From the human T2T-CHM13v2.0 reference genome, Homo sapiens: a stretch of 64,000 bases of DNA. The position numbers and the translations under genes were made by a program. The DNA lies in NCBI RefSeq assembly GCF_009914755.1, contig NC_060937.1; one strand, written 5' to 3'. The notes under the pieces are model-generated. The model had not been told where the DNA came from. It made no database searches and was given only the letters and a program-made list of their open reading frames with translations. Positions within the stretch are counted from its first letter, which is position 1, and the number at the start of each line of letters is the position of its first letter. This document shows, one piece after another, positions 44,413 through 56,627 of this stretch.

Positions 44413-45765
44413 CGTCAGGTCTCAGTACGTGTACCAAAGCACCCCGGGGTACTTCAGCATAGTCACAGGGGCACAGCATGATATAATAAATGCTCCTGGG
44501 GAACATGGAAATGCTTAACATCTGTAGGAAAGCTTGTGAAATATTTGCTCAAGGTAGTTCAGATTCCATGTTAGTGCTACATTTTTTTCCCAATGTCATT
44601 CATATCTTTGTGAAATTGGGTTTTTAGCAATTTTTGTGATAAAAAGCAAGAACTATGTGAAAGCTAATGTGGAAAGAGAGATGAGGGTTTACTGTCCAGT
44701 CTGAGTACTAACAGTGTCCACTTCCAACAATACATCAAATTGTTTCCAGGGGCCGGGCGGGGGGTGTCCTTGCTCCCAGAGCTCCCAAGATGGTGGTGGG
44801 TCGCTTCCAAAATGGCGGCGGGCACTTCCAAGATGGTGGTAAGCCTCGTGTTCTCTGACCTGGGGTTCTTGGCCTCACGGATTCCAAGGAATGGAATCTT
44901 GGGCCATGCAGTGAGTGTTATAGCTCTATTAGAAGCCGTGGGTCACGGAAGAGAACCGTGGAACCCAGTGACTAGTGTTCAGTTTGATTAGGATGAACCC
45001 GGGCACTTAGCCATGCAGGAACAATGGCAAGCCTTTAGCCCGATCAGGAGCGGCAATGGGCGCCTCACTAGATCAGGAGCACAGTGGACACCCCGCCGGA
45101 TCCAGAGGGATGGAAGTCAGAGGCGGGTCTGTGACAGCGGCAAATGGCAGTGGTGGATAGCGACCGAAAGCTCAGCTCAAGCCATAACAAACACGGACCA
45201 GAAGAGTGTGCAGTTGCAAGATTTAATAGAATGAAAACCGAGCTCCCATACTAAGGGAGGGGACTCCAAGAGGGTAACCATTGCTGGCTCGAATGCGTGG
45301 GTTTATATCCCAATTGTTGTCCCTCCAGCTGTGCTCTCAGGCAATAGATGATTGGCTATTTCTTTACCTCCTGTTTTTGCCTAATTAGCATTTAGTGAGC
45401 TCTCTTTACTACCTGATTGGTCGGGTGTGAGCTAAGTTGCAAGCCCTGTGTTTAAAGATGGATGCGGTCACCTTCCCAGCTAGGCTTAGGGATTCTTAGT
45501 CGGCCTAGGAAATCCAGCTAGTCCTGTCTCTCAAAATTACTAAGTAATTGAGATTATTTAACAATATTTAACAATATTTTTTCTTTAAATTCATGCATTT
45601 TTTAACAAATAATTACTGAGTTGTTAAAGCACAAATATACATTAAGTAGTATGAACCCAACTCCTTAATAAGCAGGACTCCAGGTATTTCTTTTCGCCTG
45701 GAGGCATAGTGAAAAAATTACTGAAATATGAAGAATGTTGGTAACAGTAAGTTTGGAAACTTCTA
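44413..45765 (+). mobile_element. hAT-Charlie element (Charlie4/MER80-like) split by LTR17
   Basis: CATATCTTTGTGAAATTGGGTTTT...TGATAAAAAGCAAG at left; GGTATTTCTTTT...GTGAAAAAATTACTGA...AAGTTTGGAAACTTCT at right. Confidence 0.65.
44741..45533 (-). mobile_element. LTR17 (HERV-W) solo LTR
   Basis: Reverse complement starts TGAGAGACAGGACTAGCTGGATTTCCTAGGCCGACTAAGAATCCC. Has CCAAT boxes, GATATAAA TATA box and ATTAAA. Perfect 4-bp TSD AAAT. Confidence 0.95.
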
Positions 45766-46068
45766 CAATAATAAGGTATTGTTATTAAAATTTATGAATA
45801 ACCTGCTCTCTCTAATTCTCCTTATCATAGAATATAAAACAAAATTAGTAGCTTTAGGTATCAGCATGAAGATTATTGATATTGGTGAAATATTTTTCAT
45901 ACTGAAACTACTATGTACCATTATCCCTACTCTTAAATTATCAAATAATAGGGCAAATAGATATCAGCATATTTCATACATTAATAAACACAACAGCAAT
46001 ATGTGGCTTCCAGAATAAATTATTACCTTAGCTGATGTAAATTGAAGTTAAAATCACCCCTTCAATGC

Positions 46069-46158
46069 ATGTTTCATGGCCACTAAAAAAGTAAGAGGCT
46101 GTATTCTGGATTTTATAAGACTTCTCTGTTATGATGAGTTCAGTAATCTAGTAGCAGA
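46069..46158. repeat. 90-bp direct repeat, copy 1 (copy 2 at 47480-47569)
   Basis: Manual ungapped alignment gives 10 mismatches in 90 bp. Both copies are followed by T-runs. Confidence 0.92.
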
Positions 46159-46831
46159 GATTTTTTTTTTAAATTTTTTAACTTAATGGTAAGCCACTCT
46201 TTAGGTCAAGTGTTTGTACTCAATTTTTCCTTAAGATTTAGTCACTAGATAGAAAAACTGGTTTACTTTCTGTTTATTCTCCATCATTACTTTGGCCACC
46301 ACGACTTTGTCCATCTCAACCTTATTGAAAATGTCTGTATAATAGGATATCCATGTTTGTTGGACACCATTGTGGAGTCTTTTGATGCACAGTTTACATC
46401 TTCTGATATAATTAGGTTGTTCTAGTCATGCTGTACTGATATTAGGATGTTTACAATTGATTAAATCCAAAGTTCAGTGGACTTTGCTGTGTGTTTGCCA
46501 TGGCAGGCAGACACATGGAGATGGTGTTCCCCTGTGTAAGAAGAATGGCAACACCAGTGATGTTGATGCTCCTCTAGTAGCTTTGGCTTCTTCCTCCAGC
46601 ACTGCCATCACTTGGTTAATGTCTTTCCCAATAAAACAAAGAATCTTTACTAATCTGTTATATCAAGACCCAGATAAGTGATGACAAATCTGGAAATAAG
46701 TACATTTCCTTTACTTCAAATATTGAAAGTTTGATCCTGATTGGAATTGAATTACTTCTTGGTTGCAAAGCAATGATGTCATGGTTAGAACATTATTTCA
46801 TCCATTTGGTAAACCATAATATAAACTGAAA

Positions 46832-46975
46832 TGTGGTTATCTTTTCGTTGTGTCAATTTGGCTCTTCTATAGTCTCCAGTTATTCAATCAAACACTAACT
46901 TTGGTGTTGCTGTGAAGATTTCTCTTTTTTGCATATGTTATTAAACTCCATAATTAGTTGGTTTTAAATAAGGAC
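46832..46975 (+). mobile_element. MLT2D/E LTR 5' fragment
   Basis: TGTGTCAATTTGGCT...CCAGTTATTCAATCAAACACTAA...GGTGTTGCTGTGAAG. Confidence 0.7.
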
Positions 46976-47479
46976 ATTTTTGACATCTTGTGTTTTGTTA
47001 ATGATAGGGCATTTTTGTGAAAACATAAACCATATTTTCTTCATGCTTGCCCATAGAATACATCATTTAATCTTTTATCCTGTTCTTCTATTCTTCTAAC
47101 ATGAAATACCATATAAATATCCTTGTTTGGAGTTTGTTTTTCCAGGAAGGAGGGCAGATATTAAGTTTGTATGTTAGACTCAAGAGGGGAAAAAGTTAAT
47201 TAGATGAGAAACTGAAGTTGTTCAATTTTATCACAAACATAACCAATCTATGGAGTCAATATTGAGATAATGAGAAAAAAGTTGTTTTAAGAGGAAAAAA
47301 AAGGTGGAAAGAAGGGCTAGGGACTGAGATGACACTCTGGTTTTTCTTCCATTAAGACATGTTCCTTTGATGAAAAAGTGCAATTGACTTTAGCCGCTCT
47401 GAATAAGATAACTAAGACCTAGTTAAAATTGATTTTTAGCCAACACTTCTGAGCTATAGTACAACCAGTTATGTCAGGT

Positions 47480-47569
47480 ATGTTTCAGGGCCACCAAAAA
47501 GGTAAGAGACTATATTCTGAATTTTATAAGACCTCTCTGTTATGTTGAGTTCAATAATCTAGTGGCAGA
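47480..47569. repeat. 90-bp direct repeat, copy 2
   Basis: Matches 46069-46158 at ~89% identity. Confidence 0.92.
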
Positions 47570-47954
47570 TTTTTTTTCTTTTTTTTTTTTGTTTCTCTTT
47601 TAATGTTTTTAAAGTTCTTGTAGACATGAAAATTGAGAATTACATTCTAATTTGAACATATCTCAAATAAATTAGTTTCTAAAAATACCTTTAGTATATG
47701 AAACTAAATTAAGCAGAAACTCATTAATTTCTTATTATTAGTAAATATATAATATGAATTAGAAAATGAGAACATATTCTTATTCTTACTTTTATAATAA
47801 TATTACTATTAGTTTGTTTACTATCTTGAACTCCAAAATTTCTAGTGCTAAGTTGGGACAAGGGTATACATTATTAGAATTTTAAAGATTAAATTACTTC
47901 ATATTTTATTGATACTTCAAAGTTTTCTCTTTCCAGTACCCTTTTATACAATGA

Positions 47955-49125
47955 TGTGTTACTCTGCTTGGGTTGCCATAATAAAATGTCACGAACTGAG
48001 CAGTTTAAACAAAGGAAATCTATTATCTTAGAGTTATGGAGCCTGGGTATCTTTTTTAATTTTAATTTTAAATTCAGCATACATGTGCAGGTTTGTAATA
48101 TAGGTAAACTTGTATTATGGGGGTTTGTTGTACAGATTATTTAATCACCCAGGTATTAAGCCTTATATCCATTATTATTTTTTCTGATCCTCTGCCTCCT
48201 CCCAACCTCCAACCTCCAAAAGTCCCCAGTGTGTGTTGTTCCTCTCTATGTCCATGTGTTCTCATAATTTAGCTCCCACTTACAACTAAGAATATGCAGT
48301 ATTTGGTTTTCTGTTCCTGTGTTAGTTTCCTAAGAATAATGGCCTTCAACTCCATCATGTCCCTGCAAAGGATATGATCTCATTCTTTTTTATGCTGCAT
48401 AGTATTCCATGGTATATATGTACTACATTTTATTTATCTAGTCAATCATTGATGGGTATTTAGGTTGATTTCATGTCTTTGCTATTATGAATATTGCTGC
48501 AATAAACATACATGTGCATGTGTCTTTATAATGGAATACTGCCAACAATCATATGAAGAAAGGTTCAACATCACTGATCATTATAGAAATGCAAATCAAA
48601 ACCCCAGTGAAATACCATCTCACACCAGTCAGAATGGTTATTATTAAAAAGTCAAAAAATAACAGATGCTGGTGAGGCTTGTGGAGAAAAAGGAATGCTT
48701 ATACTGTTGGTGGGAATGTAAATTATTTCATTGTGGAAGACAGTGTGGTGATTCCTCAAAGACCTAAGGATAGAAATACCATTCAACCCAGCAATCCCAT
48801 TATGGGTATACACCCAAAGAAATATAAATCATTCTATTACAGAGATTGGATATCTTAAGATCAAGGTGCTGGCAGGGTTGGCTTCTAGTGAAGCCTCTCT
48901 TCCTGTCTTGAACATGGCTGCCTTCTTGTGTTCCCACACAGCCTTTTCTCTGTGCTCACGAACTCCTGGTGTCGGGTTTTCTTATGAAGATACCAGTTCT
49001 GTTGGATTAGAGCTCCATCTTTATGGCGCATTTAACCTTAATGGCTCTATTTCTGAATACAGTAACATTAGGGTATAGAGCTTCAACATATGACTCTTAC
49101 AGGGGACAAAATTCAGTCCATATCA
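47955..49125 (-). mobile_element. MLT1A-like MaLR LTR split by an L1PA
   Basis: GGGTTGCCATAATAAAATG at 47955-48050 resumes as AAGATCAAGGTGCTGGCAGGGTTGG...GGGGACAAAATTCAGTCCATA at 48857-49125. Confidence 0.8.
48054..48841 (-). mobile_element. L1PA (PA12-PA15-like) with twin-priming 5' inversion
   Basis: Antisense 3' end 48054-~48538, then sense-oriented upstream segment ~48541-48841. TSD GAG(CC/AT)TGG(G/A)TATCTT. Confidence 0.9.
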
Positions 49126-50838
49126 GATATATTTCATTAGATTTTTAATTTTTTTCTCTATAGTATTTTGAACAAAGGTTTAAAGAAAATAGAATTAAAT
49201 ATTCTGAGAGCAAAATAAATCCAGTAATAATTTTCCAAGAATAAAGATATTATTTTAAATACAGAGCTTTGCATTTAAGTTTCATATAATAATTCCTTGA
49301 CATTAAAATATGCAATAGAATGGGAAAATTTAAAGTCCAATAAAATTTTATCTAAAGCAATTAAGTTGATTTTTACATTTATTTTAGAGAAAATATTTTA
49401 ATTGTATTCAAAATAACATTTTGTTTCTTACTGACAATACTATTTTCATAGTTAAAATTTAAGGAATATAGAAGTTTCTATTCAGAATTAAGCACAAGCA
49501 CACACACACACATATACACCTTAATTCTTACTTAATATTTTATTGGTGACCTACATTGTTGAAATTGTGCATGTGGAACTGGATGAACCAGAAATAGAAT
49601 GTATTACTTTAAAGTCAGATGAAAGAGTGCAGTACTGGAGAAGTATAATATATAAGTTATATTCATATAGCTGAATATTTAATCTATAGGCAAATGAAAA
49701 TACTAAACTAAAAATCTCAGAGAGTGAATGCATATTCAGCCTTAGATTCTAAGTGACACATCCACACTATAATACTTTATATTTATTCAAGAAGAGATAA
49801 GTATAAATTTAATTACCCAGCTGAAAATACCCAGCCTCTAAGTATTAAATAAAAATGTCAAAGGCAGTTTGCTTTAACTGTCTTTAGAACTTTAAGGTAC
49901 ACATTAAGAAAACACAAAGAAGCTGAGGCATATTGGTAGAAACATAATTAGAATTTATAGAGCAGAGGATGTTTGAGAAAAAGCCCTCATATCTGTCCCC
50001 TTCTGTTGTTCCTAAACCTAGCTGAGTATCTGTGTGTGTTGGTGGCGGATGCGGTGGTGTGTGCACATACATGCAAGTGGGCATGCAAGGGGAAATATTA
50101 CAGAAACCTGAGACACATTTGGAGATCTTTGAGCAAAAGAACTGCTGTTTGGCTATTAAGGTTCAGAGAAAGTAGTATATTACATAACTTACGACTCATA
50201 TCAGAAAAAGAACATTAAAAATACTGAGATAATTGATGAAGAACACAGTAACCCAGGGAGCAAGAAAGATGAACAGCACTTGACCATCATAATCAGTGAT
50301 TTTATTTGGACCAGTAACCTCACCTTTGGTGCTGGGAAATAATAAATGCTCAAATGCCCAAGGTGAGCTAGGAACTACTATATAATTATGTTCAGTGTGC
50401 CCTATATACATACTAGGATGCTATATAATTTCTTTCCTCTCCCCTCTCCATATCCAAAAACTTATAATATCCATAGAGAAAAAGGAGGGAGAGAAGAAAG
50501 GGAAATAATAATTTTGAAATTAATTAATTTAAAGCTCATATTGACTTCAGGTGATGACTTTAAATGATTAATTCTAAAACTAGAAAATTACTACAAATGG
50601 GAAGATTATCTATTTTCTGTTACTTAGCAGAAATGATCACTTGTGGCCTAAGTAAAACGAGTTAAAGACAAATAAATTTACATATTTATATGTGTGATTA
50701 ATAATTGGAATTTTCTACCAGCTACAGAAATGTATTTTTCATTCAAAAAGAAAGACAAAGAAAACATATGATTGACAGAATTACTAAAAATCTCTAAGAT
50801 ATATTGTATGATGAGTAGGAAAGAACGAGTTGGAGAAA

Positions 50839-52041
50839 TGATGGTGGCAGGAGGCAGGCCAATTTCTAGGCAGACAGGGGTGGGTTCCCAGGAAGACCCC
50901 CTTCAGGCTGGAGACAGCCTTAAGCCTGAAAATCAGGCTGCCTCTTCCAGATGGAATCCACCACCAGGAGTGAGAACGTCCTTTATGTCTTTCAGCCAGC
51001 CTTTATGTCTTTCAGCCAGCCTTTATGTCTTTATGTTTTCCAGGCCTGCCTATGGATCAATCAGCATGTACTTCCACTTGCCCATGGACCAGTCAGCACA
51101 CACTTCTTCCATTCTGAGCCCATGAAAACCCTGGACTGAGCCACGTTATCGGGGCTGCCTGCCTATGGATAGAATCTACTCACTTCTGCTGACAGCTGTT
51201 CTGCCATTCAATAAAACTCCTCCACCTTGCTCACTCTTCAATTGTCCGGGTAACCTCATTCTTCCTGGGAGGGACAAGAACTCAGGACCCAGATGAATGG
51301 CGAATGTAAAAAGGAGTGTAACACGTTCTTGGCAGGTTCGCTGCTGGGAGTGATGCCATGCTCCTGTTTGTTGGACCGCAGGAGTGAAGAGCAGTGACAC
51401 TTCTGGGGGCCCAGACCTGTACCTCTATCACCCTCCCGTCCTCTGCCAGTAATCAGGCGGCCACCCCATGTGATGGAAAGTGGCGACAGGGCTAGGCCAG
51501 CCCGAGCGCCAAGGGCTGGTGGGAAGTGGCAGCACTAAACGAGCTGAAACAGGCTCTCCGCCATTCACTGGGCTGTGGGTAATGGGAACAAGAGAGCTGT
51601 AGAGCACCCCCCACCTTGGGGCTCCAGGGTTGCTGGTATCTCTTTCTCGGGAACCACCACATTCTCTTCGTCCAAATGCTGCCACCCACAATGAAAGCTG
51701 CTTGTGGTATGCTTGGTCCAGCTACTGGTCCAGCTGTAGCCTCACAAGGAGCCAATGCCTGTGCCAACACCTGGAGCTGCCCGCCCCACCACAGCAGCCA
51801 GCACGCCCGGCTGTGTGCAGTGGCTGGCCCCTGCACTCACTTGCTCACACACCCCTCACCCCTCTGAGCCTGGCTTGCCCTCAGCAGGCATGGGATCTAG
51901 GCCAGTAGCACGAGCCAAGTGCAGCCTGCTGGGCTGAGTGGGTGAAATGAGCCCAGCAGGCACGAGTAAAACTCAAGCAGAGGTGCCGCCAGCCACAGGA
52001 GTTTCTGGCTGGTGAAGTGACACCCAAAAGATCCTGTGACA
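50839..52041 (+). mobile_element. ERV1 solo LTR, MER52/LTR28 family
   Basis: TGATGGTGGCAGGAGGCAG...AATAAA (~51210)...GACACCCAAAAGATCCTGTGACA; GC-rich, 1.2 kb; TSD GAAA/GAAG. Confidence 0.8.
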
Positions 52042-52149
52042 GAAGGCGTCTATGATAAACACATTCCCAGCAGTAGGAATCACATTTTTCAAAAATATGG
52101 CATTATGAAGGTTTATGACAATTTCAAACTAAAATAAGGTAAATGTAAA

Positions 52150-53400
52150 GAAGTGTGTGAGGCATGTTGAGAGAAGAAATCTTAGAGATAGGTGAGATGG
52201 AGAACATGACAAATCTTCAATATTTTGGTTTTTACTTTACAAAGATTTTTGAACTGTTAAAGGTGTACAATTGATATTAATGGATTTTAAAATGATTTTC
52301 TGTATACAGTATGTAAAGTAATTTAAAAGAGGGAAGAAATAGATGTGAGATACCTGTTGCAATAGTCCTTGAGAGAGATTATGATAATTTTGACTAAGAC
52401 AATGATAATGGGCAGTCGATGTCACTAAAATAATAGAAATATTAAAGAAGTGAAAACAACAGGATTTGTTTAGAATTGGTGACGTAGGTGAGGAATAATG
52501 TGTCAAGACTTTATTTCTATTTTGCACAATCAAATAATTGTTACTTTTATTAAGAATGTTATTTGAAAGGTATAATCATGATTTTTCAAACAAATTTAAA
52601 AGAAACACATGCCAAAGCTTTTAATATTACAAGCTGGTTTATTTTATTGTAGGTATTAGGAGAACTTTTAAGAAGTTACAACTACCTGTAGCTTAAAGGT
52701 GCATAACAAATATATAGGCAATCAGGAATGGAATGCTGAAATGAATTTGTTCAATGGATGTAAAAGTGGTTTATTTCATAGTAAGGAATGGAAATCAACT
52801 GAGTTTCTACCAGACAAAATTTATTAATGACTATGGATAAAAATAATGTTAATTGCTCCCAGTCATCTATTACTTAGAGAGTTGTCAATAGCTCAAAGAC
52901 AAGGAAATGCAATAAAATGCCATAAAATTCACAGAATTCACAGATAGATATGCCAGAAAGTATCTGATTTTTCATTAAAGACATCCAACAATCTTTTGGT
53001 CTGTTTGAAAATTTTTCTCAATATTTGAGAATAACTGTGAGTAGTAGACATTGATCAGTATTTCAATATTTGCATGATGATTTGAAGGTGAGGTGACCTT
53101 GAGAAATTACAGTAAAGATATGATGTAATGAGTTGGATATGTCAGTCTGGAAATCGTATCAAACTAATTTCACATAGAGGTGGTAATTGAATGAGGTCAC
53201 CAAGGGACAAAAAATAGATTAAGAAGTGAGAAGTTCTTCACCTGAGCCTTGAAAAACACCAATATTTAATAAGATTGTAAAAGAGCCTGCAAAAAGAAGC
53301 CGAAAGAGTGCTGGTGTTTTGCATTGAAAGGCATCAGAAATGAAGAAAGTCTAATCAGCATTATTAATCAGTATGCTAATGTTAAGTATAATAATGACAA
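52150..53400 (-). mobile_element. L2 fragments (~52150-52550 and ~53050-53400)
   Basis: TGTTGCAATAGTCC, AACAGGATTTG, TTGGATATGTCAGTCTGGAA, CATAGAGGTGGTAATTGAA. Confidence 0.55.
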
Positions 53401-56400
53401 ATACTACTGCATTTATTAGGTAGGTTAAAGTTTAGAATGTTTGCCATAAAAATGTACATTTCGAATGCAATAATGGACCAAATCTCTCTCCACATAAAAT
53501 TGTGAGAAAACAAAACAAAACTCTCTTTCTCACAACTTACTGGAAGGGTGCCCTTAGAATAGGACCAGATTTTAATTTCAGTAAGTAGAGGTATGGGGAA
53601 ATGTTGAGATTGCACTGAGTTTGCTAAATTTGGAATAACAGTTGCAGAAGGCACACTAGGAGGATTTGAGAGGTGGGTAATTTTAAGGTTGTTACATACT
53701 TACACCTTAGTAAGTTTCTATTTCCTTTTCCCGACAGGGGAATTACACTGGAATTCAATTTTGTGTCTGATTACTCATGAATATAAAAAACAATGATGAT
53801 TTATTTGGAATGTGTATTCTATACCAAGAAGTCAGAGAACAAAACATGTTTCTTTTAAAATATTCCTTCTCATCAACTCAGCTCCATTATAGTACACAAT
53901 TTGTTATCCAATATGGATTAATAATGGGAGTTTTAATTGCATATTCTGATTCACAAAAGAGTATAAGTCCAGAAATATATGAACTACCAATGTTTAAGGA
54001 ATTCGAGCAGGGTATTAGTGTACTGTATGCAAACCAAGTTGGACAAAATTTTATCTCTGTTGATTCAAAAGAATCGTGAAATCTCTTAGGGTCAAAATCT
54101 TTACCATTTCTCAGCACTGAATTGATGAAGCATACAAGTACTATCTGTCAGTATTTGTCATTGATATTTTGTTGAGTATTTAGTACATTAAGAAAACACA
54201 AATTGATTCCACTACTCTGAGCAATGAAATATCCCCTTATAAAACATAGATGGTTAGAAATACTGCCTGGAGAAAAGAATCTGCATTACATTTTCACAAT
54301 AATTTATGAAAACATAACACGATAATCATCCTAACGCTAATTCATATTCTCATGGATGATTATCTGGCTCTATTTTAAATAAAAAGTAAGAAACATTACT
54401 GAATATTTGATTTACTAAAATGGATTTATAACGCTTTGCCAGAAATTATCTTCTAATTTTATTTAAATTTTCTGGATATGGAAACACTGATGGTTCTTTG
54501 GTTGATGAGGCCTTATTTGTTTAGAAATGAGCAACGGCACCCCCACAGGGTCACAGAGAAGCTTTTATCAGTAGCAGCCTTTAGGCCACAGTTTGCAATC
54601 AGTGAATATTTATATTAGTAGCAATTGCACCAGACAGTAATTATCTTATCACGGAGGAAAAGGTTAAAAAGAAGCTTCTCCATTGGACACCCACTGTGTG
54701 GATAATTAAGTATCTCCATGGCTTCTTTCATTACTGCATTCAATAATAGTTAAATACTAGGGAATCTAGCCATAATCAGACATGATTTGATGAGACATAG
54801 AGACAGATAGGAGCAAACAATTTTTGTCTCTAGTTTTACTTGCTAAATTCCTTAACTTGATAGACCTTGGTAAACATTTTTATAATATACTCTAGGTACC
54901 CACTGTTGTCCAATGAACAAAGTTATTAAGTGGAAGCATTTAATTGCATCTTGTGACATTCTAGAAAATACATTAAGATACCTAAAGCAATTTTTTAAAA
55001 GGGTGTTGAAAGTTATTTGTGAGTATAATCTTAAAGGCAATTTATTTCTGACATATTTAGGTGATATTTACATTATTATTTTGTCAGATAGGGGGAATAG
55101 ACTCTTCTGTATCAATTCATCCCTTGAAGCCAATGAAGGTCTTTCAAAACGGTTACACGCATTCTCTCCTTGAGGTTATTAAAATAAAATTTATTTAACA
55201 AAATATTAATACAGTTTATTAAATGTCACCTGAGAAGCACTGACACACAATGCATTTCATTGGACTAAAATTAATTTAGTAAAATTTTTAAAAATGCCCA
55301 TAGCACTTTTAAATTATGCAGACTAATAATGGGCTTGATGATTCAGTTTTGGGCAAAAAGTACTGCCTTAGAACATAGATCATGTCAGTTCTTCCCTTCT
55401 CTCTTTCTTAAACTCTCACTTCAGATCTCATGATTCTATAATCTGAGAACATGAAGTAGGCACAGAGAGTGCCTGGTCATGCATTAATTTATTACTTCAA
55501 CAAAACATTGAACAGCGGCTATACTCCAGACACTCCTCTAGGCATAAAGTCAGCACTGGAAGCTTTAAAAAATAATAATACAATTTTTTACTGAGAGAAA
55601 TTAGGGCACTGCATATCAATGGTTAGAAACTATTCACTACACTTCCTAATGTCAGCATACTCAATACTAGCAGTCTAAAGTATATGATTTTTCAAGCAAC
55701 AACATTGCATTTTACAGAGCAAGAGTTTTGCAGATTAACAGATTAGGCTTTTATCCATTTTAATGAGACACCATTTTATATAATAAATATTTATTGATCT
55801 CCAGAATTTTGCTGCTCATGTTACAGTGAACGATGTAGACACAAAATGCTTACATGCCTGTGGTCTCCAGTTTTGTAAGTTAAGAGACCAGAAAACCAAA
55901 AACCTGAGAAGGAGCAAGATAATTTGGGGGTGAGCCATCAATGTGGTAAGAAGAGAGCTGGGAAAGTGGGGTATCAGGGAAGCTTTAATAGGATAAACTC
56001 TTTGGAAGGCAGAATGGTAAATTAGGTAAAAAGCTGGGGATAATTTGAATTAGATGAGCATAAAGAAATGACAAGTGAGTTAGGCATATAAAGTTTGTTA
56101 TTAACCTTGACAAGAACAATTTCAGATAAAAATCAGTGTTTGAATTCTTAATTGTAACTGAGATGCAGACCCAGAGTAAATAATTTCTTTTAAGACATGT
56201 TGATGAAATAAGAAAGTGAGAAATAGAGATGATGTTCGATGCTTTATTTTTAAAGTTGGAAAATGCTTGAGTGAAATTCTTAATATAAGGTTTGTGAGTA
56301 GAATTCACAAGGTTTATGGAATTGAATGAGGGAAAATTTTCATGCTAATTTTCACTAATTTCTAATTAAATTTAACATTTATTTCAATTATTGATATAGA

Positions 56401-56627
56401 GAAAAACTTTTAAGGAATATAGCCATATCTGTCATTTCAACAGCAGTAGAAATCACAGTCATTTTCAAATAATGTAATAGTTACCCCAGATATTATTTAC
56501 ACTCATTTTTACTCAGAAATTATTGTTACAAATCATGCCACTAATTATTACTTAATAAAGTGCATGCATTACAATATCTAAACTTTGTTATTAATAATAT
56601 TTTAAATAATATTTTCACTTAGAAATA

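Noticed and set aside
46120-46170. Box C-like ATGATGA plus T-run suggesting a snoRNA or Pol III RNA
   Set aside because: The motif is not kept in the second copy, and there is no box D, terminal stem or A/B box.
46540-46640. Resemblance of KDINQVMAVL...TSLVL to bornavirus nucleoprotein (KDIRQNAVAL...PSLVF)
   Set aside because: Only a few matching residues from memory, with no continuation downstream. Not supportable without a search.
50772-51937. Cluster of overlapping ORFs and GC-rich island
   Set aside because: Lies almost entirely within the GC-rich MER52-like LTR, where stop codons are rarer.
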